Source: Dirinaria sp. TL-2023a (Eukaryota). From it: a stretch of DNA of 64,000 nucleotides. Positions 1-14,552 of the stretch are shown in pieces (within the stretch, counting starts at the first letter, position 1; each line of letters begins with the position of its first letter). The notes under the pieces were generated by a model, which did not search any database, had not been told where the DNA came from, and worked only from the letters and a program-made list of their open reading frames with translations. The translations under genes and the position numbers were made by a program. The DNA lies in the NCBI GenBank assembly GCA_051941275.1, contig JAVEBF010000007.1, positions 1 through 64,000 of the forward strand, written 5' to 3'.

Positions 1-1300
1 TTGGTGGCATACATGAAGCATGGCATTGTCTAAAGTCTATGAAGTATGTGTGTGTGGGTTCTACATAAGGTAGAACTCACCGAGGCAACCACGCTAGTGG
101 TACAACACCATGGGGCAACACATCTGCTTGAACAAAGGATCGAGTCGTCGAAAAAGCGGAAGCCAATTCCTGAAATTAACTCAAATTCTATTATCAATTT
201 CCATATACTCTAAAAAGCATGTGATAGAAGTTGGTGGCGATTCAAGAATTCCAGATACGAGGTACAAGAAACATGACATGATCGCATATTGGTTGTCGAA
301 TGAAGAGGCGAAGAAGATGAAAATAATTTGACTGAAGAAGGGGGGCAGAGATGAGAATTAAAGATACCCATAAGAGTGGTGATTACTCACAGAAATTTTG
401 GGGTCTACGAACTTTTCGACTCAGATGAGGATTCTGGGATTTGGGTTATCACGCCAGGAGGTGACGAAGTATTATTACCTGCCCAATCCGTCGATAGCTG
501 TAAGCCAAGAAACCTTGAACGCAGCCTCACAGCTTCCGGGGCACGCGTCACCCATTAAATACGTCAATGCATATATTACAACTGACATAGAAGCAACTGA
601 GGACAGATTGATGCTCCATTCTTTTCTTCGAAGACCTCGCTTTGCATCCCTATCCTGTGAGATAGACAACCACGCAATTGGAATTACGGAGCCGTGGCGT
701 TCCTGTTCCTGTTCAATGTGAGAGCGAGTCTACGGAGCTAATTTGCGTGATAGTAGAACATTGAATGGGAGCTCGTAACTGAAAACATCTAGGAACGTAC
801 GATAAGTCGTGGAGTAGCTTCTTTCCACACACGAAAAAGAACCAAAAGCTGAATTTTTCCAGAGCTTAGGTAGAGAATTGGAGCTTTCGGGTGGTAGTAT
901 TAGGTGGTCCGGCGGGCAACTTTTAGTTGACCCCGCCTGTATCATGGACCACGCTAGCCAGGACTGATGGTTTCGACCTCCGTGTCAAGCCTACAATAAT
1001 GAGAAAGAGGAGCGGCTCTATTCTTGAGCACTGACCCTCATCACCGGCGACTCCGTACTCTAGTCGCTGCGTCTTGGCATTTGCCAGCCTATCATGAAGG
1101 GCTTATTGTGGCCTCTCGCTACCCCGCGACCAATTGCAGAAAGCCCCGAACGAATGCGCCCGGACTAGAATATCAATTGCCGACGTTGGCATCAAGCGCG
1201 CAACGGCTCTACACACTCTTCGCCTGGAGAGATGAGGTTCAGTTTTCTTTTCCTTGAAGTCGCGGTACTACAAATCTCTATTCTGACATTCAATAGTGTG

Positions 1301-2724
1301 ATGACTACGCCAATTCCGCAACCGCCGGGCTTACCCTTGCTGGGTAATGTCTTTGATGTAAATCCGAGCAATACCTGGACGTCATTGCAGAAACTATGGG
1401 AAAAGCATGGTATGCGCATCTTCATCCGGTGCATTCGTTTCACCGGCTGATATGGTGTGCAGGCGAGATCTTTAAGATCACTGTCTTAGGCCAGCAGGTC
1501 GTCTTTGTGGGAAGTGTTGCCCTATGCGAAGAACTTTGTGATGAGAAGCGCTTTCGCAAGTTCGTTGGGGGCCCGATAGTAGAAATCCGATATGCAGTAC
1601 ACAATTCCCTTTTCACCGCATTTGAGAACGAAGTAAGCTGGGGCATCCATCATCGCATCTTAGCACCATTGATGGCTCCAGCCGCTGTTGCCGCCTGTTT
1701 CACCGAAGTGCGTAATTGTGTGTTCGAGCTGACTGCCAAATGGCGGACCTTCAGCGGTGACATGACGGTATCAGCCATTGGTGAATTGAATCGGTTAGAC
1801 TTGGAAACGACCACTCTCTGCTTTTATGGTAGGAAGCTCAATGGCCTCAAGGGAACGGAGCCAGAAATGATCAAGGCCATGGACGGTGCGACGTCGGAGG
1901 CGATTAAACGGCCGACCCGACCAAAGTTTCTGAATTGGCTTTTCTACCAGTCTAAATTCCATCGAGATTCCGCGGCTATGCGTCAATATGCTGCCGAATG
2001 TCTTGAATATCGAAAGGCGAATCCAACTTCCAAGAAAGACATGCTGTATACTCTGATGAACGCTAAGGACCCCGAGACCGGCGAATCCCTCAATGATCAG
2101 CAAATTATCGACGAGATTGTGACTATGCCTATTGGATCGAGCACCGCGCCCTGCGTGATCTCCAGCGCGATCTATTACCTGCTCAAGAATCCCGAATGTA
2201 TTAACAAAGCTCGTGAGGAGATTGATACTGTTATCGGCGATGCCGAATTCACACATGATCATCTGGAGAGGTTGTCCTACTGCGCTGGTATCATACGCGA
2301 AACTCTGCGTCTGTCGGCAGCAGCGCCTGGATTCAACATCGAGCCCTTGCCAGGTAGCAAAGGCCCGATTCTGCTCGCGGGAGGCAAATACCAAGTACCG
2401 GCTAAGCAGACGATGATCATCGTGCTGCATGGTGTAAACCGCGATCCGAAAGTCTATGAAGAGCCCGAGGCTTTCAAGCCGGAGAGGATGGTGGGCGAGG
2501 CATTCGAAAGTCTACCTGCAGGGGCGAAAAAGTTCTTTGGCAATGGCAAGCGCGTGTGCTATGGCAAAAATTATGCGTGGATGTGGAATATGATCACCAT
2601 TGCTGTGCTGCTGAAAGAAGTCGATTTTGAGATGGCGGATCCGAGTTATCAGTTCAAACAGGATGGATGGTTTAATTTAAGGCCTGTTGGATTTAACGTT
2701 AAAGTGAAGCCAAGAGTCTTGTAG
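1301..2724 (+). CDS. Cytochrome P450, CYP505/CYP102-like heme domain without fused reductase
   Basis: MTTPIPQPPGLPLLGN start; intron 1410-1462 (GTATGC...CAG) joins EKHG|EIFKI; ExxR (RETLR), FKPERM and heme motif FGNGKRVCYG; stops right after the heme domain. Confidence 0.93.
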
Positions 2725-3381
2725 GCCTGGATGTCTGGAGAGTTTAGAAACATATTTAATCTCGCCACGGTCAAAGGCCTGTCAGCAAGCACTCCTTATG
2801 CTACTAACGAGTTACGATAATATTAATCCCAAGATATGATCGTGTCCTACTGCCTCATTGTGGCGTTCCGCAGTTCACTAAATGGGTTTGTCGAAGGAAA
2901 AACTGGAGTCTGGCCGGGATTTTGCTTGCGGCTGCAAGGTACGATCTTTCTAGGCCCAAGCGATTCCGTAAATATTTTACGTCATTGAGCAGCTGAGCAA
3001 GTGGGTAATGTGCAGCTGCCACTGCAGTGGTTTTCGGGGCTGGCAGGTATTGAAACGTGCTTTGATATGAAGTAATGATGTACAGCATGCAGAATTCTCT
3101 CTCGCTGGACTAATTGCATGACTTCTGCTATCCACAAACCACGCTTCAGATTTGCGCATGAAAAATCTGACGGCGCAAGAGACATGCGGAAAATTCAATG
3201 AGGCTAGTGCCGTCGGGCCAGCTTTGATCCATCATTGAGTGGCTACTTGTAGAAGCAAGCATTATTTCTCTACATACTTCCTTACTCTGTGAACAGCACT
3301 GACGCGTAAGATTCTCTATAAGTTCGATATGCTTTTCAAGGTCGTGTGGGCCGAAATAAAACAAAGTAAGTGGTACGACGT

Positions 3382-6300
3382 CTAGGCTCCTAGCTTGTCT
3401 TTAACAATACCATGAACCATCTCCAAAATTGTCTTCCGCCCGTTCAAGACTTCGGACATGGGTACATTGGCAAGAGCTTCTTTCGCCAGCCAGTTTCTTA
3501 TCTCCACGGCAACGAGACTGTCCACGCCGAAACCAGAGAGGGTGTCATTATGCTGGATGTCCTCCAGGGGAATGTCTAGCAAGCGCGAGAGTTTCTGGCA
3601 GAAGGCCTCGAGAATGACGGTCTGCAAAAGCTCCTCGTCAGATCCAGCAGCGGCTATCTTGTCTGCGAGCGAGACATGCTCCTTGGTGGAGAGCTGCTGC
3701 ATTGGAGATCGTGCCTCGCTTGCTGCTATGTGGGAGAACCGAGCGTCCCATTGTCGTATTCCCCCGATCCCGACGGATACTTGTGGGGCTACGGGGACAC
3801 AATCTGGCCTGTCTTTTGTCGAGTTGAGGACGTTGTGCTCAACCAGTCGCAAGAGATGCTCGGTGGTGATCCTTTTGGCCCACGCAAGCCCGACTCCGAA
3901 AGCAATGCGATCCCAGTTGTCAACAGACCATCCTGTATCTACAACCATCCCCACGTCAATGGTCAAAGCTGGAAGGCCCATTGATAACCTGTGGTATGCT
4001 AATGCATCTTGGTAGGTGTTTCCGGCCGCATAGTTGCACTGAGCCAAGTTGCCGTTAACTCCGGCTAGCGAGGATAGCATGACGAAGAAGTCCAGATGCA
4101 AGGATTTTGAGAGGAAGTAATCATGCAGATTTTTGGTTCCCCTGACCTTCGGATTCAGTGCTGCAAAGTATTTTGAGAGGGTCATGTTCATGAATATAGA
4201 GTCCTGTATGCTGTCAGTGCTGTTACCAGTCTCAGACTGGTGGCGGAGAATAACCTACCTCCAGAACCATGGCTCCTTGGATTACTCCTCGTATTGGCGG
4301 AAGAGACCTGCTACAATCCTGCAAAGCGGCTTCGAGCTGGTTCGGATCGGCAACATCGCAACTTACAGCTTCGATCGTTGCACCTGCTTGCTGTAGGCTT
4401 GAGACGAGATCAGAAGCCCCTTTGGCCCTGATACCAGAACGCGAAAGTAGTATCAAATGTTTGGCGGCCCATTTCGAAATCATCCACCGAGCAAAAGCAG
4501 CGCCGATCCCAGTCAGGCCCCCTACAATTAGGTAGGATGCATCCGAACGGAGTTTCAGCCCGGGAGGAGGTTTTGGAACTGCCTGAATAGATGTTAATCA
4601 TTGAAAAGGTGTTCAAATTCTTTCTTACCAAAACGGAGCAGTCCCGAGACGCAGTGATGACAATCTTCCCCATATGCAGCCCAGATTGCATCAATCGGAA
4701 AGCCTTCTCCACGTCAGACATGGGGTATACAGTGATCGGCTCAAGGGGTGTCAAGGCTCCTCCAGTAAACATGTCCATGACCTGTCGCATGGTTTCCCGC
4801 GCTATGGTACCCTTGTGCGCCGCGATCAATTCGTAACCGACCGCAATATAGCTGGCACTCTTTTCGAACGGAGCCATGCCAATGTATGCATTCTCCATGG
4901 CGTCTTTCTTTCCAAGCTCTATGAAGCGGCCGAACATTGCGATGCACCTCCAGCTCTCGCGAAGGGCATCCCCAGCGAGGGAATTGATGATGACGTCTAC
5001 ACCTTTGTCGGCTGTCAAGGCCATTATTTTCGGCCCGAAGCTAAGATCCCTGGAGTTGAGAATATGGCTCTTGGGTAGGCCGTAGGTCTTCTCCATAAAA
5101 ATCGCCTTTTCAGGCGTTCCCACGGTCACAAAGATTGTTGCGCCAATCAATGAAGCCAACTTGATGCACGCTTGACCAACTCCACCGGCAGCAGAGTGTA
5201 TGAGGATTGTCTCGCCGGGCTGAAGACGAGCTGCGTGGTACAGACTGTAATAGGAAGTACAGAATACTGAAGGTATTGTTGCCGCCACCTCAAAACTCAT
5301 ACTGTCCGGAATGGCGCTTACCACGTTCTTCGACGTACGTGTGTGAGTCCCGATGCAGCCGAAGGCGCATGCACAAACTCTTTGACCTGGGTGGCAGTTG
5401 TCAACTGCGCGCCCGACTTTCGTAACGACGCCAGAGCACTCTTCCCCAAATCCATTAGAGTCAGGAATTTGGCCTGTAGCGACCATGAGACTGCGGAAAT
5501 TCATGGCTGTACATTTGACCTCTATCTCTACTTCCTCATCACCGATGTCGACCTGCATACGCGAGTCGGTAATGAATTGAAACGAGTCAAGTAGACCGAT
5601 GTGCCGCATCTCCAGGCGCAAGGGATTGTCCGCTTGCCACAGTGGCTGCATCTCTGGCATGGGAAGTCCTGATACCCCTTCAACGGCTTCGTTTGCCGAT
5701 TCGTCTGCAACGAGCCTGGGTATCGTAAGTTGCCCGTCTCTCTCCGCGAACTCCAAGTCTGAGAATGTCTCGGTTCCGTAATTGCCTTTGAAGCTCGCTT
5801 CCAAAACGGATGAAATTTTGGAAATGATGTTGTGAGCGGATGCAGACTGTATGTCAAGGGTTATGCATTTGATAGAGCCAAACTCCGACCTCATAGCTCT
5901 GACAAATCCGAGGACCGCTCCCGCTTCCGCGTTTTCGGATCCAAAGGTGACCCACAAGACACCTTTGCCAGTTGCAAACAACTGTTGCAAAGCTTCAAGT
6001 TTCTCTTCGGTCAGATTGGATAGCAATGGACGGTTTCTGTCGTCAATCAGAACATAGCAGGGAACCGAGTGCGGTGAATCCTCAATGCCCGTAACGTTCC
6101 TGTTGGCCTGCCATGATTGGTCCTGCAAAGCTGCACGCAGGTCTTGCGCCAAAGTACCGTCGGATGGTGATGCATGCATTATGGCGATGTCCTGCCACTG
6201 TTCGGGAGGGTCCTCTCGCTTGCTGCTGACCATGGTTGACATGGTATATCTCTCTGGATCTGACGAATCTCGTGCGCAAATATCGAGGCCTGTGAAACCT

Positions 6301-9300
6301 GTCCGTTGCAGGAGATTGTTCCATTGATCTTCACAGAGAAGCGGGCCGTGTTCTCTTCCATCTTTGACGCCTGTAATATTGTTAGTCTTGAGATTTACCC
6401 GGTGCTACCGGGACCTTACCCATCCACCAGCCCGGTAACAGTCCGAAAACCAACGGGCCAGCAACTTGAGATGAATTGGTAACCTCTACGAGCACAAGCA
6501 TCCCCCCGGGCCTGAGCAGTGTGTGCACGTTCTTCATGGTTGTGTCCATCTCCGCTGTGGCATGCAAAACATTTGCCGCGACGATCAGATCGTATCCTTC
6601 ACGCTCAAAACCCTGGCCTTGGATGTCGTTTTCGATGTTCAATGTTTTGAACTCGAGGGAGCCTGTCCACGCCGAGAATTTGGAGCGCGCCTTTTCGAAG
6701 AATCCTGCGGATATGTCCGTGAAATGGTAAGACGAGCATCGAGGTTGAGCGCCGTCTTGACCGCTGAGAGCATTGAGAGTGAAGGCTGTCGCACTACCTG
6801 TCCCAGCTCCAATCTCCAGAATCCGAATGTTGGGCCACTTGTGAGCAGCAAGATCAATATAATGAGCCGCGTAGCCATAGGCGCGGTCTTGGCTTTTTTG
6901 ATCAGAGTAGTATTCATCCAAGAGGTCGTCTTCCATCATCAGAGATAATGGTTCGACCCTCTGGTGGAGGATGTCGAAAATTCGGCATCCAACTTTAACG
7001 GTCATCTTTTCTCGAGCGCCCGACTCACTCGCTTGTCGCAGGGTCGACTGGATTATTTGCTCGTCATTAGTCTGCCAGTCCACGCTTTGGTAGGTAAGAC
7101 TCCCTGCTTCTCCTAGCTCAAGCTGACGATATGCCCACTTGACAAACTTTTGGTGATGGGGTAGCATCTCCTCACAATCTGTCCGCCATAGGCCTTCAAG
7201 GGCCTTTCGGATACAAAAGTATGCTGCTCTTTCAAGAAGAGCATTACGAGCTACTTCTCCAGGATCGATCGCAGATATGTTCCATACCCTTTCCACCGAA
7301 CTTTGATTGAAAAATGTCACGTCAGGCTTCCAGACCGTATTCCAACAACGCTTCGTGTCGCTGACTGCAGCGAGCTCGGACGCGCCTTTCAAGGCCGGAA
7401 CAAAAACAGCTCTGGCGCCTTTGACCCAAATGACCGGCTTCGGGAACGGTCTTGGATCTTCAGATGTTTGATCAACTACAAGAGCCTCTCCTCTAAAGTT
7501 CCGTGGCCCAATAGCGCTTGTTTTTCCATGGGCACGGAATTTGTGACCATCTTCGTTTGGAATATCTTTGGACACAAAGATTTCCTTGATGAAAGTTGGC
7601 AACAACGGGCCGTCAAAAGTGTCGACCAGGTTTGCGATTGCGATTATGGAAACTTGGAGGCTTGCGTCTAGAACAGATGCACCTATCACCTGCGGACTCT
7701 CGTACGCGTACGGCATGCAAGACCTAGTATTGGGAATGCGTATATTGCACGTCGTCTTACTTTCCGCAATCGAACATTCAGAAAGCAGCTGGAAAGTCTC
7801 TCCAAACTTGATTCCGGCGTCTTCGAAACGACTTAACATGTGCTCATAGGTTTTGCCGGCCCCTTGGTCACCAGTGGACAGGCCCGACAGTGCTTGTAGT
7901 TCGTCATCGGATATAGCATGCGCAGTCTCTTGGACTGTTGAAATACGACCACGGCAATGTTCTATTGCTTTTCTATCCGCAGAGTAGGAGAGTATGCGGA
8001 ATGTATCCCAGGACCTGGAAGTTGCCATGGAGCTTTCCTGCAATGGCTCCAGAAGCAGCATTACTTCGGCTCCATTCTGGGTATCAGGTATGATCAGAGC
8101 CGTGGAAAAGCTGACCTCGCGAATGACGAAACTTCTGATAGGGGTATTTGTGATGGTTGCTTTCTGACGAGCAGCTTCGATTGCCATGGCGACATAACCA
8201 GCGCCAGGAAATATGACATCAGACCCTATTGTGTGATCGCGGAGCCAGGGGATTTCCGTCAGGCGAAGCTGGTTGTTCCATCTCATGTCAAGCTCACTGC
8301 AATCGTCTGTTATGGTGCCCAGGAGGTCGTGTTTTGGGAATTCCCTTTGTCGATAATTGCGGGAGACTCTCCCGTCGTGCCAATGCCGTGCAGCATGATT
8401 CCAGGGATACGATGGTAGATCGAGAAGAACCTGATGGTCTCTCTTTCCGGAGGCGAAGTTGACTTCGCCAGCGTCGATTTTGACGCCAAGACCGAAAAGG
8501 TTCGAGACCAATTCAAGCATAGAATCAACGCCTGACCTTCCTCTTTCTATGGAAGAAAGGTATGCTGGCCGAAGATTGGGATTGAGATCGGCGCAGATCT
8601 GCTTCAAAGGACCAGCAAGGGCAGAGTGAGGGCCGACCTCTACCAAGACATCGGTACGAAGGCTATCGTTGGATTGATTCGAGCAGATTCTCTGTACCGC
8701 ATCATTGAAACGTACGGGACTGAGCAAGTTCTGAACCCAGTATTCTGCATTTGTTCCCACCTGTATCCCAGGGAACACTGTGGAGTTGAACTCTACACCA
8801 GGTTCCGCGAATTTTGTTTTGAGATTGGCGAGGGAGTCCGCATACTTTTTGGCAACGGGCCTCATGTAATGAGAATGATAAGCAACTCTGACGCGCAGCA
8901 TCCGACTGAAAACGTTGCGTCCTTCCAGTATCTCATGGAGCTCGTCCAAAGCAGCTGCATCTCCTGAGACTGTCACACTTCTCGGACTATTGATACAAGC
9001 GATGGTCGCTCGGCCATTTTTGAGTGCCGAAAGCTGGGGCTGAACTTCATCTTGAGACTGGCCTATAGCCATCATACGGCCTCGATGTTCGCTTTCCAAC
9101 TCCTCAAGCTCCATCGCAAACTTGCCACGATAGTAAGCTACACGCATCGCTGATTCCAGGGTGAGCATCCCGGTGCAGTATGCCGCAGCGATTTCTCCGC
9201 TCGAATGCCCGACCACGGATACAGCGTTGATACCCCAAGATTTTAAGAGCTCCACCAACGCGATTTGTAGGGCTGTGCATAGTGGCTGACTCACGGACGC

Positions 9301-11659
9301 GGCGTCAACCTTGGAAGTCTTGGCATTTCGAAGCAACTCATCTGTGGTTGAATTTAGCAGCATGGCCTTGAGGTTCGGATCCACGTACCTAACAGGGACC
9401 ATCCAGCCCCTAAATCAGCGATGGCATTGTTCGCGGCTTGGAGTGTAGCTTCGTAGACAGGGTATACGCCTAGCAGCTCACGCCCCATACCAGCCCATTG
9501 GGCACCTTGGCCAGTAAATACAAAGCAAAGACGAGGCGTTTTCGTAACGCGAGTCGCTTTGAAGTTGTCTGTTCCCAGCGCAGCTCCGAGGTCTTGGCTT
9601 CCGCCCGTGGCCAAAGCAAACCTGTATCTCAGTAACGATCTTCGTTGGCCAAGTGTGTAAATTAGGTTGTCAAAGGTTTCCGAATCCTTCCACTTCTCAA
9701 CATAACCTGCAATGTTTTGTGCAAGCCTTTTCAGGCTCTCTTCGTCGTGTGCGCTGAGAAACAATACCTTTCTATGGGATATCGACATTGGCTCGTATCC
9801 ATTGGCCGTTCGTGATTTTTCAGGAGCTTCTTCAATGATAGCGTGAACATTGGTACCACCGTATCCGAAGCTGTTAACAGAGACTCGACGTAGGTGGGTG
9901 GAATTCCAACGTTCCATTTTAGTGGGGACCTAAGCGGGTCAAAAATGAAATGCAAGATTGTTGCAGACTGACCTTTATGTTCCAGTCTCGGAAGTTGATC
10001 TGGTCACTGGGAAACTCGAAGTTGCAGTTTGGCAGAATGCATTGTCTTTTCAAAGCCATTGTTGCATGTATGACTCCCGCTACTCCACTAGCACCCTCAC
10101 AATGACCTATGAGAGACTTGACAGACCCGACATAGAGTGGTTGCTCAGGATCTCTGTCGAATGATCGGAGAGCTTTTGAGAGCGCTTCTGCTTCGATTCT
10201 ATCGCCTGCCTGTGTGCCTGTGCCATGAGCTTCAAAGAAGTCCGTCTCGGCCATGTCAATTCCAGCTTGGCGATAGGTCTCCTCTATGAGCGTCCGTTGA
10301 GCGCTCATGCTTGGGAGCGTTATTCCAGGAGTTTTCCCGTCTTGATTTATGCCCGTGTTTCTGATGACTGCATGGATGGAGTCATTGGATTCCAAGGCGT
10401 CCGATAACGGTTTCAGTACCAGAGTCCCAATACCCTCGCCACGAGCATACCCATTGGCCCGTTGATCGAACATGTAAGTCTTTCCTTCAGGGCTAAGAAA
10501 ACTGCAGACTCGTCAGTTACCGATTTAGAAATTTAGTGTGTCCGTCACCTCAAACTGCTCAGACTCAGCATCGCCTCAGGTTCGAGTATGATGTTTGCGC
10601 CTGAGGCTATTGCAAGCTTCGAAGTGCCCGTGCGAAGGCTTTCACAGGCCATGTGCAGGGCGGCGGTAGATGCCGAGCAAGCAGTATCCATAGTGATACT
10701 TGGGCCTTTTAAATCAAACCAGTGAGATATTCGATTCGCGAGCATGCACATCCCACTGCCTGTTGCCTTGTATACAGGGCCCGTATTCGGATCTCTAGTC
10801 ATTAGTAGCTTATAATCCGCGTTGAACGTGCCAACAAAGACCGAAGTGTCAGATCCAACGAGTCCGGAGATTGGCACTCCCGCTAGAACCCATTAACCAA
10901 GCTACGCGACCTTTGGTTTACATAAATTTACCGTTCTCCAGCGCTTCATACGCGCCTTCTAGATGCATTCGAGATTGCGGGTCCATTGCCTAATGCCATG
11001 AGGGTTGCTTCTAGACGAGGCTATGGAAGCCTACCTTGGCTTCATTGGGGCTGATATTGAAGAAAGAGGCATCAAAATAGCCAAACTGATCCTCTTGCAT
11101 AAAATGCCCTGACTTAACATTCATCTGTAGCGCGTGAGAAAGGCTTTAGCATGTATCGGGAAGAAGATTTTACTGAGTTGGTTCTCTCGGGATCAGGATG
11201 GTAGAACGCGTCAGCATTAAATCTACTTTTTGGTATCTCGGACCAAGCGCTCCTGCCTTCTGAGCAGAGTCGCCACATCTCTTCGAGGTTGTTTGCTCCT
11301 CCGGGGAATCTGCAACTCATGCCCACGATAGCTATTGGCATCACACCGGAATCCTGTTTCGTGGGCGTGCCAGTTCGCTGGCTAGGAGAATGGTATCCGT
11401 TGGTCCTCGGAGAGTCGCGAGTGGTGAGACAACCATTGCAACTCGATTCGATGGTGCCATTCTCAGGCATGGAGATTTCTCCATTGGAATCACTTTGCCT
11501 CATTGGACGATCAAACGTCATCAGCGGTGGATCTTGATAGCCATTCTCAAATTGTTTCAGTAACTCAATCTGTTCGCGATCCACAAGTAAACGGACCGCC
11601 GCTTCGTCTAAGCCTTGCAGCTGGTGCTTCGAGAAACCCGAAAATAACACCTCACTCAT
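3382..11659 (-). CDS. Highly reducing iterative type I polyketide synthase (KS-AT-DH-cMT-ER-KR-ACP), multi-exon
   Basis: KS DTACSAS/EAHGTGT/GHCEGASG; AT GHSSG and VAYHS; DH HTIGSDVIFP; cMT LEIGAGTG and ANVLHAT; ER IHSAAGGVG; KR GGLTGIG and YAAGN; ACP GVDSL. Start codon uncertain. Confidence 0.96.
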
Positions 11660-12893
11660 TACGTTGTTGGTGAGCGTGCGATTGCGTCAAGTGATGTCAA
11701 ATTTTCTGGCCACGAGTAGTAGGAGAAATGACGAAAAGGACTGACGGAGTGGCGGCTCATATCTTCCACTTCCTCGGCAGGCCTAGTATTGCGGCCTACA
11801 GTATGTCGCCGCGGTCTCTCCCAAGCGTTGAGTATGCATTGCCTGGCTTTGCATTGCCTGGCTTTGCGTTGCGTTGGTCGACCGGGGGGGCAGTCTAGAG
11901 CGGTCAATTTGCATACTTCTGTTACGATACTATCTTGCAGTCCATCTCGTGCCGATGCAGGTGTAACATCAGGCTTCTTCTATCTTCCGATCTTCATGTT
12001 GTTATCGGGTAGAACAATGCAGCTCGCTCAAATGAGCGCAGCCAGCACCATGTCTGCTCAAACAGAAACTCCAGCCATGTTGAAGGGTCGGATGGTACAT
12101 GTACGACACGGAACCTGTAACTACCTCTTCCCAGATAATGGAGGCCTGGAATGTTCTTTTCGAAGCGAAGCATCGGTGCTTTTGTGTGATCGTTCCGAAG
12201 AATAGGGTCCATCAGACCCTGACGAGATGCATGCAAGGGCATCATGAGATGTACCGGAGGTCCATGCCACGGGCATACGGTGTACGCCAAGGCCGAGTTG
12301 TTTTAGCATTACTGGCACCTTTCGGCGAGCACGGCTGCGTCTTACATCGAATTTAGTTCGTTGGGTTTGGTAATCTTGGGTGGTCTTCCAGGCCACCTCC
12401 AGCTGGTCAAAAAGTGGCAGTGATCGCGTTGTGAGAAGGCAAGAGCGGCATCGAGGTAATTGCCGTCCTGGCGTTGAAAGGTTGGAAGCCCACCGTTTTA
12501 GCGTGGCTGGTTGCTTTCTTGTTTACCTATTTTCCATAGTCACTTGGTAGCAATTCAAAACCATCATTGCTCCTCAGCGTAGACCTCATTCATCTTTAGC
12601 AAAGCTGGGAGCTAGTTAATATAAGCTTTCTAGGCACCATAAACTTCTTCCTAAGGGTTCTTAGAGACCCGCCTTATAAACTTCATTATAAGCGCTCCCG
12701 AGCCTTGCCAAGAAGCACTCTCAGTTTCACTAGTCTTCCGCTTGTGCTTAATAGTGCTCGGAAAGCATCCGATCCGATACACCTACCAAGATCTTTCAGC
12801 CCCTCGCTACTATGCTAATTGATTAAAGTATTGGACCTATGACCTGCAATTGCATTGCATTGCTATCGCTTTTTCTATGGGAGATTATTAGTG

Positions 12894-12979
12894 TTTACAT
12901 AACAACCTTATGCGACGGAGGTCTATGCCCCGATTGGGCCTAGCGCCCTCTCTGCCGGCTTATGCTGCTCACTTTCCAA
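12894..12979. repeat. Dispersed ~85-bp repeat, copy 1
   Basis: Shares tttacat..caacctt, cggaggtctat, ccccgattgggcctag, gccctctctgccgg and gctcactttc with 58880-58971. Confidence 0.85.
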
Positions 12980-13703
12980 CATAAACTTCCACGAATATAC
13001 ATACATGGAAGTCCAGATTTTTTCACTTTGCGTTCTAATAACAACCCTACAATCACTAATGAGCTTTCCAAGGCTGAGCTGCTAGCCCCAACACCTAACG
13101 TATTATACCATAGCATGCAACTTACGGCAAAGTCTAAGTAAGGAAGCAGCGCAAGACGAGAAAAAGTAAACCTAAAACATGATTGGCCGCAACACTCAGA
13201 CTCCAGAATGATGCAGAGGAATAGGCTCGATCCTGCGCGACGAACTTCAAGTACAACCTCGAAGTATTGAGGCTTCCGATTCAAACTCAGAAAGGTCAGA
13301 CGCATATCATCCAGCCACGTACATACCGTAGATAAGACTATCATTGCGCAGACAAATGGTAAGAAGGTAGACTCACAGATGCGACATTACCTGCAGCTTG
13401 GACCCTACAGAATGCATCGCGTGCTGATAATGCAAACCGTAATTATCTCTGCGACGTGTCCAAGTAAGAACACGAACATCACACCTAGAACATGTGACAA
13501 GAAAATCATGCGTGTCTGAGACCTGACACCAGAATTACTACCCAAAACTTCGCGTTTCTTCTATTTCCTCTATTTCGAATGCTGTGACTCCCCGCGATCT
13601 CTCGCGCTATTTCTTACCATTGACGACATCGCTGTCCCATGCGTAGTATAGAATTTGCTATCATCATCCATTGGCCAAGAATTTGTTTTGACTGATGATC
13701 AGC

Positions 13704-14552
13704 ATGCGGCTTTTATGCCTCCACGGATCTGGATCCAATGCCCAGGTACCTAGATCCAAGCGAGCCCCATTTTTCAAAGGGAATAAGAAAGCAACAGACT
13801 GACTGACGCTAGGTGTGTCGGGCACAAACTGGTAAATTAATGCTTTTCTATCCGCGGACAATAAAAAAGATCGATCGGCAACCTTTTTGTGGTGTAGGAA
13901 TACGTATGTAAACTAACTCGCTTTGTAGCAACGCTTTGCCAACGACTGAGGCGTGTAGGAGAGAAGGTATCTTGCTTGTATATCGAGGGCCAATTGGAAG
14001 CCGAACCCTATCTAGGTGAGGGTTGCAGTATATGTTTCAAACGTGAATCAGCAGTCCTAACCGTGATGTTGCCGATCTACAGGTCTCGGTGAGATATTTT
14101 CTCCTCCGTTCCACAAGTTCTGGCAGGCAAATTCGCCAGAGTCAGTGGTCGCCGCAGTGCAACAAATCAAGGAGACGCTCCTAAACAAGGGCCCCTTTGA
14201 CGGTGCATTTGCGTTCTCCGAAGGTGCTGCAGCATTGTTGTCAGCGTTGATTCAAGATGGAATGCAAGCATCAGTACCGAAGTTCTTAGTGCTCGTGGCG
14301 CCTTTCCCACCTTTCGATATCTCGGGTCGTCAGAGGCTCGATCACAGTATGACTGAGCGGCCCATAGTCGAGATCCCTACTATCCTAATTGAGGGCGCGG
14401 AGGACCCGTTCAGGCCGTTGGTTCATTTAGCAATAGCTTTGCTGCCGCACGACAGAACAACTGTCATCGAATGGGGTGGAGGTCACGCTGTGCCCAATTC
14501 GAGGGAAAATTTGCTTTGGGAGATGGTCGTAAACGCAATACTTTCCAAGTAG
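13704..14552 (+). CDS. FSH1/LovG-like serine hydrolase (putative PKS-releasing esterase), 4 exons
   Basis: MRLLCLHGSGSNAQ at 13704; three GT-AG introns link to GPFDGAFAFSEGAA (nucleophile elbow), EGAEDP (Asp) and GGHAVP (His); divergent from the PKS. Confidence 0.88.

Noticed and set aside
1795..2430. Long antisense ORFs over the P450 (also over the PKS, DBP3 and ATP-grasp genes)
   Set aside because: Shadow ORFs of real genes with no independent motifs
2855..3364. Possible C-terminal carnitine-acyltransferase or reductase domain downstream of the PKS ACP
   Set aside because: PKS has a clean stop after the ACP; the downstream short ORFs show no recognisable motifs
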